Assembly: GCF_000025945.1 (NCBI RefSeq)
Contig: NC_006138.1
Coordinates: 60,001-92,000 of the forward strand
Length of the DNA stretch: 32,000 bases
Direction: 5' to 3'
Origin: Desulfotalea psychrophila LSv54
Lineage (GTDB): Bacteria > Desulfobacterota > Desulfobulbia > Desulfobulbales > Desulfocapsaceae
The notes beneath the pieces were generated by a model. The model had not been told where the DNA came from. It saw nothing but the letters and a program-made list of their open reading frames with translations, and did no database searches. This document shows positions 1 to 7,818 of the stretch, piece after piece. The stretch's first letter is position 1. Each line of letters opens with the position of its first letter. The translations under genes were made by a program, and so were the position numbers.

Positions 1-18
1 TTTAAGCAGTTAGCAGTT

Positions 19-50
19 CACCAAAAAACCTCTGTGTTCTCTGTGGTGAT
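19..50 (-). repeat. mosaic repeat, module A (degenerate)
   Basis: CACCAAAAAACCTCTGTGTTCTCTGTGGTGAT has CTCTGTG at 30-36 and 39-45 (9-nt phasing). It is the reverse complement of the TTAACCACAGAG..CACAGAG..T-run module and lies directly downstream of the GxxExxY pseudogene. Confidence 0.75.
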
Positions 51-60
51 GTAGTTGTCT

Positions 61-428
61 TTACAAAACAAGACGTCGAACGCCATCCACCAAGCGAAGC
101 ACATTAAAATTGATCAATAATCCAGTATGTACCCCAGCAAGCTTCATATAGGTCAACACCTGAGCAGTATGAAGTGGCAACAATGCTTCCACCACCTTCA
201 GTTCAATAATGAGCTCATCAACGACAAGAAGATCAATACGATATCCCGCATCAATCTCAATTCCCTTATAGCGAAGAGGTAACATAACCTGAGTACGCAC
301 AGCATGAGACCTTACAACTCATACAGCAAACAACGTTCATAGCTTGATTCAAGCAAACCAGGACCAAGCTCACGATCAACTTCTATAGCACAACCAATCA
401 CTACGCCTGTCAACTCTTTGGCATCCAT
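61..428 (-). pseudogene. GxxExxY protein (small PD-(D/E)XK nuclease-like family), disrupted by a frameshift
   Basis: The ATG at 428 reads MDAKELTGVVIGCAIEVDRELGPGLLESSYERCLLYEL and then hits TAA at 314-312. The family C-terminus (RTQVMLPLRYKGIEIDAGYRIDLLVVDELIIELKVVEALLPLHTAQVLTYMKLAGVHTGLLINFNV, ORF 61-300) continues in a different frame. GLLESSY is the GxxExxY signature. A single indel near 311-320 would restore a protein of about 121 aa. Confidence 0.8.
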
Positions 429-491
429 AGCATCCTCTGTGTTCTTGGTCTCAATAATTAAAAACAAAGATAAGAACAGAAAAAACTACAG

Positions 492-527
492 TTAACCACA
501 GAGAAAAGGAGTTCACAGAGAAGAGCA
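492..527 (+). repeat. mosaic repeat, module A
   Basis: TTAACCACAGAG at 492-503 and a second CACAGAG at 514-520 (17-nt phasing). Confidence 0.8.
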
Positions 528-632
528 TTATAGATAAACTGCTTAAAGACAAAAAACAAAGATCAACTACTATAGTAGTTATCAATGTCCCCAAAAGAAC
601 TAGGTATTTAATCTTTATTTTTACTACTTTTA

Positions 633-673
633 AATAATTTCCTCTGTGTCCTCTTCTTCCTCTGTGGTTAACC
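633..673 (-). repeat. mosaic repeat, module A, abutting the ddl stop codon
   Basis: CTCTGTG at 642-648 and CTCTGTGGTTAA at 660-671 (18-nt phasing). The TAA of GGTTAACC on the minus strand (670-668) is the ddl stop codon. Confidence 0.85.
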
Positions 674-1636
674 CTTTTTGCCCTTGCTTTTCTCTAATCC
701 AAGCTCGATGAGGGTATCAAGGAGGGAGGGGAAGTCCATGCCGGTGGCGGCGGCTTCCTGAGGGAGGATGCTGGTTTCGGTCATGCCGGGGATGGTGTTG
801 GTTTCGAGCAGGTAGAGCTTACCGTCTTCACCGTAGATGAAGTCTGTGCGAGAGTAGCCGCGCAGCCGCAGGGCTTGGTGGGCACGAATGGCATGATCCT
901 GCACCTGCTCACGAAGGGCATCGGCAATGAGGGCGGGACAGATCTCCTCGGAGGCACCGGGTTGGTATTTTGCCTCATAGTCAAAGAAGGCATATTTATC
1001 ACCGGGAACAATTTCCAGTACCGGTAGGGCCTGTAGATCGTCGTTACCGAGGACTGCACAGGTAAGCTCCCGGCCCTTGATAAATTGCTCCACCATGATG
1101 GCCCCGGCACTACAGTCTCGGGCATGGTTTATCCCGGCCAGCAACTCTTCTTCTGTATGGGCCAGAGAGATACCAATACTGGAACCTGCACAGGCAGGTT
1201 TGACCACCAAAGGCAGACCGAGATCCTCGATAAGTTCCTCTGAATAAAAGAAATCCCCTGCGGCAATGGTATGCCAATCAGCCACGGGAAGTTCAGCGTT
1301 ATAATAGAACTCCTTGGCCAGGTCCTTATCCATGGCCAGGGCACTGCCCAATACCCCGGAACCTTGGTAGGGAATGCCGAGCAGGTCGAGAAAGCCCTGG
1401 ATTGTACCGTCTTCACCATGCAGACCATGGAGGAGAATAAAGGCAAAGTCGATGGAGGCGGCATCGGCGGCAAGTCGGGGCAGATCGGTGGCCGAATCAT
1501 AGCGCGAGACCAGATACTTCTCTTTATCGAGGATCCTCTCGACACCGTCGGCCCCGGTCAAAGAGACCTCTCTCTCACCGGAGGTTCCACCAGCTATCAG
1601 GGCTATACGTAATCTTTCTGCTCTTTGTTCTTGCAT
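668..1636 (-). CDS. ddl: D-alanine--D-alanine ligase
   Basis: 322 aa ORF. The N-terminus IALIAGGTSGEREVSL, the HGLHGEDGTIQGFLDLLGIPYQGSG block and the ATP-grasp C-terminus (LLETNTIPGMTETS) are typical of Ddl. GGAG lies upstream of the ATG at 1636. Confidence 0.95.
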   Translation of the reverse strand: MQEQRAERLRIALIAGGTSGEREVSLTGADGVERILDKEKYLVSRYDSATDLPRLAADAASIDFAFILLHGLHGEDGTIQGFLDLLGIPYQGSGVLGSALAMDKDLAKEFYYNAELPVADWHTIAAGDFFYSEELIEDLGLPLVVKPACAGSSIGISLAHTEEELLAGINHARDCSAGAIMVEQFIKGRELTCAVLGNDDLQALPVLEIVPGDKYAFFDYEAKYQPGASEEICPALIADALREQVQDHAIRAHQALRLRGYSRTDFIYGEDGKLYLLETNTIPGMTETSILPQEAAATGMDFPSLLDTLIELGLEKSKGKKG

Positions 1637-1758
1637 TTATTTCTTTCTCCGTGGTATTCGATCTCTATATTTATGCATCCTCACTCCTTTTAAAATTTCC
1701 CGGGAAGGATGTTCATTTGCCTCAAACCTTTAAAAATATTTCTTCCAGCCACTCTATT

Positions 1759-3165
1759 ATGACTTCATTGAATTCGAATATCATTAAAAAAATATCTGCC
1801 ATTGTAGGAAAGGAGTACTGCACCACCCGCATGGCCGACCTCCACTGTTACTCCTATGACGGCAAGGGCATTATCTATCTCCCTGAAGCCGTTGCCTTTC
1901 CTCGCACCACAGAGGAGGTCAGCGAGATCATGAAGCTGGCCAGCCTACACCGCTTTGCCGTGGTTCCGCGGGGTGCTGGCACGGGGATGACCGGCGGCAG
2001 CCTGCCCATCGCCGGAGGCCTTGTTATGGCCATGACCCGGATGAACAGTATTGTGGAGATTGACCACCGCAATCAGGTAGCCGTGGTGGAACCGGGGGTG
2101 ATCACCATTGATCTGCAGAAGGCAGTGCAGGCGGTGGGCCTCTTCTATCCTCCTGACCCGGCAAGTCTTAAATTTTGCACGGTGGGCGGCAATGCGGCTG
2201 AGTGCGCAGGCGGGCCATCGGCGGTGAAATACGGGGTGACCAAGGATTATATCATGGGTCTTGAGGCAGTACTGCCCTCGGGAGAGATTGTCACTGCCGG
2301 CACCAGGACAGAGAAAGGGGTAACTGGCTACGACCTCACCCGTCTCTTTGTCGGCTCCGAGGGAACCCTAGGCATTATCACCAAACTTTACTGTCGACTT
2401 CTGCCCCTGCCCGAGAGCAAGGCCACCTTTCTGGTTCTGTCAAAGAGCCTGGACAAGGCAACGGAGCTGGTCAGTACCATCCTCAACCGGGGCATTGTCC
2501 CCTCCACTCTGGAGTATATGGACAGGACGGCCATTCGTATTGTCTCAGATCTACTCAGCGAGCCACCGGCTAAAGGCACCGAGGCCCTCCTCCTTCTTGA
2601 ACTTGATGGTACACAGAAGAGTATTGACGAACAAACAGTACGACTCAGGCAACTGCTGGCGGACGACGATGACATCAGCTTTCGTCAGGCAAAAAACGAG
2701 GCTGAGGTCAAGGAACTCTGGCTAGCCCGCCGATCCATCTCGCCTGCAGCCTTCAAACTCAAACCGCATAAGATCAGCGAAGATGTGGCGGTACCGCGCA
2801 GTCGTATCCCCGAGCTTGTCCGTTTTACCGAAAAGCTTTCGCAGGAACTTGATATCACCATCCTCACCTTCGGTCACGCTGGCGACGGTAATATCCATGT
2901 CAATATCATGATTGATAAGGCAAATGCCAATGAACTGGAGCGGGGCGAAAAGGCCAAGGAACTGCTCTTTGTCCATACCATCAGCCTTGAGGGAACACTT
3001 TCAGGGGAGCATGGTATCGGCATAACCAAGTCTGCCTACCTGGGCCTGGAGTTAAACGAGGCTACTATCAAACTGATGAAGAGCATTAAATCGGTGATGG
3101 ATCCGCATAATATACTCAATCCCGGAAAAATATTTCCAGAAACGATAGAATCAGGGGATAAGTAA
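1759..3165 (+). CDS. FAD-binding oxidoreductase, GlcD / D-lactate dehydrogenase-like
   Basis: It has an FAD_binding_4-type N-terminus (VVPRGAGTGMTGGS) and an FAD-oxidase C-terminal domain (GTLSGEHGIGITK, DPHNILNPGKIF). I prefer the ATG at 1759 (MTSLNSNIIKKI) over the GTG at 1651, because the extension is low-complexity and would crowd the divergent ddl start. Confidence 0.85.
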   Translation: MTSLNSNIIKKISAIVGKEYCTTRMADLHCYSYDGKGIIYLPEAVAFPRTTEEVSEIMKLASLHRFAVVPRGAGTGMTGGSLPIAGGLVMAMTRMNSIVEIDHRNQVAVVEPGVITIDLQKAVQAVGLFYPPDPASLKFCTVGGNAAECAGGPSAVKYGVTKDYIMGLEAVLPSGEIVTAGTRTEKGVTGYDLTRLFVGSEGTLGIITKLYCRLLPLPESKATFLVLSKSLDKATELVSTILNRGIVPSTLEYMDRTAIRIVSDLLSEPPAKGTEALLLLELDGTQKSIDEQTVRLRQLLADDDDISFRQAKNEAEVKELWLARRSISPAAFKLKPHKISEDVAVPRSRIPELVRFTEKLSQELDITILTFGHAGDGNIHVNIMIDKANANELERGEKAKELLFVHTISLEGTLSGEHGIGITKSAYLGLELNEATIKLMKSIKSVMDPHNILNPGKIFPETIESGDK

Positions 3166-3173
3166 AAAACCCG

Positions 3174-3203
3174 TTGACAATGGCCAATCCCATTTAGTAT
3201 ATA
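3174..3203 (+). promoter_or_regulatory. candidate sigma70-type promoter upstream of rpsU
   Basis: TTGACA at 3174-3179, an 18-nt spacer, then TATATA at 3198-3203. This lies about 170 nt upstream of the rpsU ATG. Confidence 0.4.
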
Positions 3204-3370
3204 TGGGAGATTATCCTTTTAAAAAAGACCTTAAATTTTCATTTTTCAATGCCTCCGGGGGTGATAGAAGCTCTTTAGCTTTGATTTATTAGATATATAT
3301 AGACCATTGTATAAACACCGATCCCGTTGGGGATCTACAGATAATTGAATATTCGTAAAACGGAGCAGTC

Positions 3371-3565
3371 ATGATTGAAGTAGAAGTTAGAGGAGATCTC
3401 GAGTACGCGATCCGCCAATTGAAGAAAAAGTTGCAAATCGATGGTATCAAAAGAGAGCTCAAGCGTCGTGAGTACTACGAAAAACCAAGTGTTAAGAAGC
3501 GTCGCAAGCAGGCTGAGGCTCGCCGCAAGTTGCGCAAGTTCAACCGCATGAAGAAGTCTTACTAA
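3371..3565 (+). CDS. rpsU: 30S ribosomal protein S21
   Basis: 64 aa, highly basic, with the typical S21 sequence (LEYAIRQLKKKLQIDGIKRELKRREYYEKPSVKKRRK). GGAG lies 5 nt upstream of the ATG. Confidence 0.95.
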   Translation: MIEVEVRGDLEYAIRQLKKKLQIDGIKRELKRREYYEKPSVKKRRKQAEARRKLRKFNRMKKSY

Positions 3566-3572
3566 GTGTGGT

Positions 3573-3606
3573 GTTTCCAGTCCTATCTTTCGATAGGGCT
3601 GGAAAC
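3573..3606 (+). terminator. stem-loop directly after rpsU (no U-tract)
   Basis: GTTTCCAGTCCTATC (3573-3587) pairs with GATAGGGCTGGAAAC (3592-3606) over 15 positions, including one G-U. It starts 8 nt after the stop codon. No T-run follows, so it may be a processing or stability hairpin rather than an intrinsic terminator. Confidence 0.45.
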
Positions 3607-3650
3607 TACAGATGTCAGAAAGAACTTAAAAGCAACAACAAGAAAAAAAG

Positions 3651-3690
3651 TTAACCACAGAGGAAAATGAGGACACAGAGAGATTTTTTT
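3651..3690 (+). repeat. mosaic repeat, module A
   Basis: TTAACCACAGAG at 3651-3662, CACAGAG at 3674-3680 (18-nt phasing), T7 at 3684-3690. Confidence 0.85.
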
Positions 3691-3788
3691 GTGAACGGCA
3701 AACAAGCTCCCCCCTCTCTCTCATCGTACCCACCTCCTAGCATAATCAGCAAACGGGCCACCCACTCCCCACCCCAAAAAAGCTCTAT

Positions 3789-3807
3789 CGGAATGGCGAG
3801 CTGTCAG
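3789..3807 (+). repeat. mosaic repeat, 3' half of module C plus a CTGTCAG unit
   Basis: CGGAATGGCGAGCTGTCAG is identical to the corresponding part of 20330-20350. Confidence 0.7.
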
Positions 3808-3992
3808 TTAAGAGCAAAAAACGCTTTAAAGTTACATGTTAGTAAGAATTTATTTCACCATTGCATTACCCCTCCAGACAGATCCTTCTCACAGCACAAA
3901 TCTTTTTAAAACAAATAAATATTCACCATCTCTATCCCCATTTTTTAAAATTCAGCTCCTTGCTCTAACCCCAGCATCTTTTTCTTGTTTCT

Positions 3993-4048
3993 CCGCCACT
4001 CCGCTGCGCTTTGCTGCTGCTTTTTAATTAGTTTCCTCTGCGGTTAAC
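3993..4048 (-). repeat. mosaic repeat, degenerate module C plus partial module A
   Basis: CCGCCACTCCGCTGCGCTTTGCTGCTGC (3993-4020) is followed by CCTCTGCGGTTAAC (4035-4048). Confidence 0.6.
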
Positions 4049-4089
4049 TTTTTTCTTCTCCTGTTTTTCTCGCTGTTTCTCTCGTTGTT

Positions 4090-4183
4090 GCTTTTCGTCG
4101 TTCGCTTTTTATCAAAAAACCTCTGTGCTCTCTGTGATCTCTGTGGTTAGCTGTCTTCGCCACTCCGCCCTGCTTCACTGCTG
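4090..4183 (-). repeat. mosaic repeat, modules D + A (3 units) + C
   Basis: The reverse complement of 4090-4110 matches 16290-16310 (AAAAAGCGAACGACGAAAAGC) at 21/21. CTCTGTG occurs at 4121, 4130 and 4139 (9-nt phasing), followed by GTTAGC. CTTCGCCACTCCGCCCTGCTTCACTGCTG is at 4155-4183. Confidence 0.85.
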
Positions 4184-4309
4184 TCCTGTTTTTCTTTTCT
4201 TTTTTATTGGTCGATTGAAAGCCTGTGAAGCTTTAGCCTCAACATGTTACACTTGCGAAAAATATCTCGTTTACTATCAAAGTGATCTTGAAAAAATATA
4301 AGGACAAAC

Positions 4310-6958
4310 ATGCACATCATCACCACCCACCAGAATGCTGATTTTGACGGGCTTGCCTCCATGATTGCCGCCCAAAAACTCTACCCTTCGGCCATTCTTG
4401 TTTTCCCTGGATCAAGAGAGGAATCCCTGCATGAGTTTATTGCTCAGAATATCTCCTGCAACTACGACTTCCAAACAGCCGACAGCATCGAGTTAGCAGA
4501 TGTGCGCCGCCTAACCATCGTCGACTGCCAGTCCAGTGACAAGATTGGCCGCATCGCAGAATGTCTGCAAAACCAAGATCTCCGACTTGATATCTACGAC
4601 CATCACAGCCAGGGAAGGGGCGACCTCAGAGGTGATTCTGACCACAACAGAATCTACGGGGCCTGTACCACCGTCTTCACCCGCCTCTTTCAAGAACAGA
4701 AGACAAGCATCAGCCCGGAAGAGGCCACCATATTTGCCCTCGGTATCTACGGCAACACCCAGTCAATGACCCGCTCCCAGACCAGGGCGGAAGATCTCTA
4801 TGCAGCTGGCTGGTTAGTCGCCCAAGGGGCCAAGCTCCATGTGATTTCCCATTTTCTGGGAGGCGCCCTCGGAATTGCCCAAGACGAGATCCTGCATGAG
4901 CTCAAACAGGAAGCCGATCTCTTCACCATAAAAAAATTCCCCGTCACCATTGCCAGCCTCTCCCGTCCCCAATATATCAACGATTTTGGCCTGATCGTTA
5001 AGAGATTTTATGAGATGGAAAACCTCGACGCCATCTTTGTTCTCCTGGCTACAGAGAACCGCATCCACCTAACCGCAATAAGTCGCATTACCGATATTGA
5101 TGTAGGACTTATTGCCCGAGAAATGGGGGGGGGCGGCTACGCCAGCACTGCCTCGGCAACCCTGATAGGGCTCTCCATGAACGAAGTCGAAGAGAAGCTC
5201 ATCGCCCTCCTTCATCGCCATATCCAGCCACAACCACTGGCCTTGGAGATGATGACAAGACCCGTGATCACTATCTCTCCGGAGATATCCATAGCCGAGG
5301 CCAACACCACCCTCACCCGCTATAATATTACCGCCGTCCCCGCCATCAGGGACGGCAAGGTGGCAGGAATTATCTCGCGTCAGGTAGTGGAAAAGGCCCT
5401 TTACCACGATCTCGGCCATCTGCCCGTCAAATCATATATGAGTACCGAGGTACAGAGCCTGGGACCAGATGCTGAATTAGCCGAGGTACAGGAGTTAATT
5501 GTAGAACAGCGACAACGTCTGGTTCCCATTCTGGAACAGGGAGAGCTCATTGGCGTTGTCACCCGCACAGACCTGCTCAGAAAACTTGTCACCAGCCCGG
5601 AAAATTTACCCAACGATAGACAGAGTGGTAGCAAAATGCCTCTTCCCACCAAAAGAAAAAATCTCAACAACCTCATCCACGAGACCCTCAGCCCGGAAAT
5701 AATCACCCTCCTACAGGAGGTAGGAGAACTGGCCGACGAAATTGGCTTCAAGGCCTTTGCCGTTGGCGGTTTTGTCCGGGATCTCTTACTCAAAACAGCA
5801 AACCTGGACCTTGATATTGTGGTAGAGGGCAACGGTATTGCCTTTGCCAAAAAGGTTGCCGAACATTTTAAGGGTAAATTTTTCCCCCACGAAAAGTTCC
5901 TTACCGCAACCGTCACCCTGCCCAATGATTTCAAGATTGATATAGCCACGGCACGCCTGGAGTACTATGAATCACCGGCTGCCATGCCCATGATCCAACT
6001 CTCCTCCATCAAGCTTGACCTCTCCCGTCGTGATTTCAGCATCAATGCCATGGCCCTGCAGATCAACCGGGAACAGTTTGGTACCCTGATTGACTACTTC
6101 AACTCCCAAAGCGACCTGCGTAATCAGGTCATACGGGTACTGCACAATCTCAGCTTCGTTGAAGATCCGAGCAGGATATTCCGGGCCATCCGCTTTGAAA
6201 AGAGGATGAATTTCCATATAGGGCCGCATACAAAAGGCTTAATAGGAAATGCAGTGGCCATGAACCTCTTTGGCAAGTCCCGAGATAGCCGCTTTCTCTC
6301 TGAACTCAAGATCATCTTCAAGGAAAAAGATCCACTTGGCCCTCTGGTACGCCTTGCCGAATTTGGTCTTTTCCAATATCTCTGGCCAGATTTGCGACCT
6401 AATTATCGCACCGACAGACGATTTTGCCACGGCATCAGACAGACAAAGGCCGCCATCAAAAAACTCTACGAAATAGAGCCAAAGGCCAAGATCGATAAAT
6501 CTGTAGCCTTCCTCCTCACCATCTTCCACCGCTCGGGACCTGAAGAGATACAGGCCTTTTGCAACCGCTTTAATGAAGAGGAGAAAATCTGCAAGAAACT
6601 GCTGCAGACCAAACAAAGATGCGATGCCCTCCTCCCCATACTCTACACGCCCATGGCCAAGAGCGAGCTCCATCAGCATCTGCAGGATCTGAACTACGAA
6701 GACCTTCTCTATATCTGCTCTGTGGCCAAGAAGAGCCATATCCACAAATCCGTCCTCGACTATCTCTGCCAACTGCGACATATAAAACCGCTTCTGAAGG
6801 GCAAGGATCTGATGGAAATGGGTTATCCACGAGGACCAAAGTTCAGCGAGATCCTTAATTCGCTTAAGAGGGCGAAGATGGACGGTTTAGTCTCAAGCAG
6901 GGCCGACGAAGAGGAGCTTCTGCAAAAAAACTTTCCCCTTAGCAACTTGCACTGCTGA
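4310..6958 (+). CDS. DHH/DHHA1 phosphoesterase - CBS pair - poly(A) polymerase/CCA-adding nucleotidyltransferase fusion protein
   Basis: 882 aa. DHH motifs are present (HQNADFDGLAS, IYDHH), followed by a GGGG-Y DHHA1-like motif. Two CBS repeats span roughly aa 315-430. A PolyA_pol head domain follows (AVGGFVRDLLL..LDLDIVVEG, RRDFSINAM). AAGGA lies 5 nt before the ATG. Confidence 0.85.
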   Translation: MHIITTHQNADFDGLASMIAAQKLYPSAILVFPGSREESLHEFIAQNISCNYDFQTADSIELADVRRLTIVDCQSSDKIGRIAECLQNQDLRLDIYDHHSQGRGDLRGDSDHNRIYGACTTVFTRLFQEQKTSISPEEATIFALGIYGNTQSMTRSQTRAEDLYAAGWLVAQGAKLHVISHFLGGALGIAQDEILHELKQEADLFTIKKFPVTIASLSRPQYINDFGLIVKRFYEMENLDAIFVLLATENRIHLTAISRITDIDVGLIAREMGGGGYASTASATLIGLSMNEVEEKLIALLHRHIQPQPLALEMMTRPVITISPEISIAEANTTLTRYNITAVPAIRDGKVAGIISRQVVEKALYHDLGHLPVKSYMSTEVQSLGPDAELAEVQELIVEQRQRLVPILEQGELIGVVTRTDLLRKLVTSPENLPNDRQSGSKMPLPTKRKNLNNLIHETLSPEIITLLQEVGELADEIGFKAFAVGGFVRDLLLKTANLDLDIVVEGNGIAFAKKVAEHFKGKFFPHEKFLTATVTLPNDFKIDIATARLEYYESPAAMPMIQLSSIKLDLSRRDFSINAMALQINREQFGTLIDYFNSQSDLRNQVIRVLHNLSFVEDPSRIFRAIRFEKRMNFHIGPHTKGLIGNAVAMNLFGKSRDSRFLSELKIIFKEKDPLGPLVRLAEFGLFQYLWPDLRPNYRTDRRFCHGIRQTKAAIKKLYEIEPKAKIDKSVAFLLTIFHRSGPEEIQAFCNRFNEEEKICKKLLQTKQRCDALLPILYTPMAKSELHQHLQDLNYEDLLYICSVAKKSHIHKSVLDYLCQLRHIKPLLKGKDLMEMGYPRGPKFSEILNSLKRAKMDGLVSSRADEEELLQKNFPLSNLHC

Positions 6959-7021
6959 AAAAGAGATCTATCTTTTCTGCCGAAACCAGACGCTCTGAAG
7001 ATAAACACTAGAGGAAATTTG

Positions 7022-7654
7022 ATGACTGAAACTATTAACCAAATAATTCTGCTTGCCCCTCCCCTCCTGTTGGCCCTGACTATCCATGAATTTTGCCATG
7101 GCTATGTGGCCTATAAACTTGGTGATCCGACGGCAAAGCTTGCGGGCAGACTGACCCTCAACCCCCTCTCCCACCTTGACCCCATTGGCACCATTGCCTT
7201 TTTCTTTATCAAGATTGGCTGGGCTAAACCCGTTCCCGTTAACCCCAATTATTTCAAAAATCCGAGAAGAGACATGCTCTGGGTGGCACTTGCCGGCCCG
7301 ATCAGCAATCTTCTTTTGGCAATCATCAGTGCCATTGCCGCCAAGACCCTATGGGCCATTGCCCCCAGCCTACCGGCCACGGCCCTGATTAAGGCCATCG
7401 TCATCCCACTGAATGGCATGCTGGTGGCCTCCGTCTGGATCAACCTTGTCCTCTGTATCTTTAACTTCATCCCCATTCCTCCTCTCGATGGCAGTAAAAT
7501 CGTGGCAGGCCTTCTTCCCCGGGACCTGGCCATTGCCTATGAAAAGGTGGAAAAATATGGCTTTGTTATTCTGATACTTTTGGCCTTTAGCGGTTTGCTG
7601 TCAAAGGCTATTGTGCCTATTATTCGCTTTGCTAATGGGCTCTTACTATCATAA
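7022..7654 (+). CDS. site-2 protease family (peptidase M50) membrane protein
   Basis: It has the HEFCHG (HExxH) motif in the first TM segment, several hydrophobic helices, and the conserved LTLNPLSHLDPIGT block. I prefer the ATG at 7022 (GAGGA 6 nt upstream) to the adjacent TTG at 7019. Confidence 0.85.
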   Translation: MTETINQIILLAPPLLLALTIHEFCHGYVAYKLGDPTAKLAGRLTLNPLSHLDPIGTIAFFFIKIGWAKPVPVNPNYFKNPRRDMLWVALAGPISNLLLAIISAIAAKTLWAIAPSLPATALIKAIVIPLNGMLVASVWINLVLCIFNFIPIPPLDGSKIVAGLLPRDLAIAYEKVEKYGFVILILLAFSGLLSKAIVPIIRFANGLLLS

Positions 7655-7660
7655 AAGCAG

Positions 7661-7702
7661 ATGCTAGATGCTAGATGCTAGATGCTAGATGCTAGATGCT
7701 AG
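7661..7702 (+). repeat. tandem heptad array (ATGCTAG) x6
   Basis: Six perfect units start 6 nt after the site-2 protease stop codon. Confidence 0.95.
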
Positions 7703-7713
7703 AAAAAAATTAA

Positions 7714-7739
7714 CAGCAGCAGCGAAGCGGAATGGCGAG
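7714..7739 (+). repeat. mosaic repeat, module C variant
   Basis: CAGCAGCAGCGAAGCGGAATGGCGAG shares the GCGGAATGGCGAG core with 20328-20343 and 31944-31958. Confidence 0.65.
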
Positions 7740-7818
7740 TGCTAACGGCAAAAACTAAAAGAAAAAAGCAGAAACTGCGAACAGCAACAGCAAGGGAATT
7801 TACAGCCTGGAGGAAGAG

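Noticed and set aside
1651-1758. Longer N-terminal extensions offered by the ORF track (1651 for the FAD oxidase, 15988 for the ligase, 18558 for the secreted protein, 27594 for yaiL, 28364 for the esterase, 7019 for the protease)
   Set aside because: The extensions use GTG or TTG, lack an SD and encode non-conserved low-complexity residues. The internal ATGs have SD sequences and give family-typical N-termini or signal peptides.
3721-3780. G-quadruplex on the minus strand of the C-rich tract
   Set aside because: Only three closely spaced G3+ runs are present (GGGGTGGGGAGTGGG). The fourth is about 30 nt away, so a canonical four-run motif is not met.
3667-4027. ORFs 3667-3909 (80 aa) and 3836-4027 (63 aa) in the rpsU downstream spacer
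   Set aside because: The first starts inside module A (AAAATGAGGACACAGAG) and the second runs into module C. Both have a low-complexity Pro/Ser-rich composition, no RBS and no recognisable family.
4035-4048. GTTAAC/TTAACC motifs as integron attC core sites or transposon ends
   Set aside because: GTTAACC does not fit the attC R' consensus GTTRRRY. No integrase is present and there are no paired R''/R' sites with the expected spacing. No terminal inverted repeat or target duplication could be defined around the modules.
5401-5949. Long antisense or out-of-frame ORFs inside large genes (for example 5401-5949, 6239-6781, 10551-11000, 11004-11516, 14288-14815, 21026-21535, 23165-23695, 26439-26903, 29472-29921)
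   Set aside because: Each lies wholly within a CDS that has strong family signatures on the other strand or frame, and their compositions are typical shadow-ORF artefacts.
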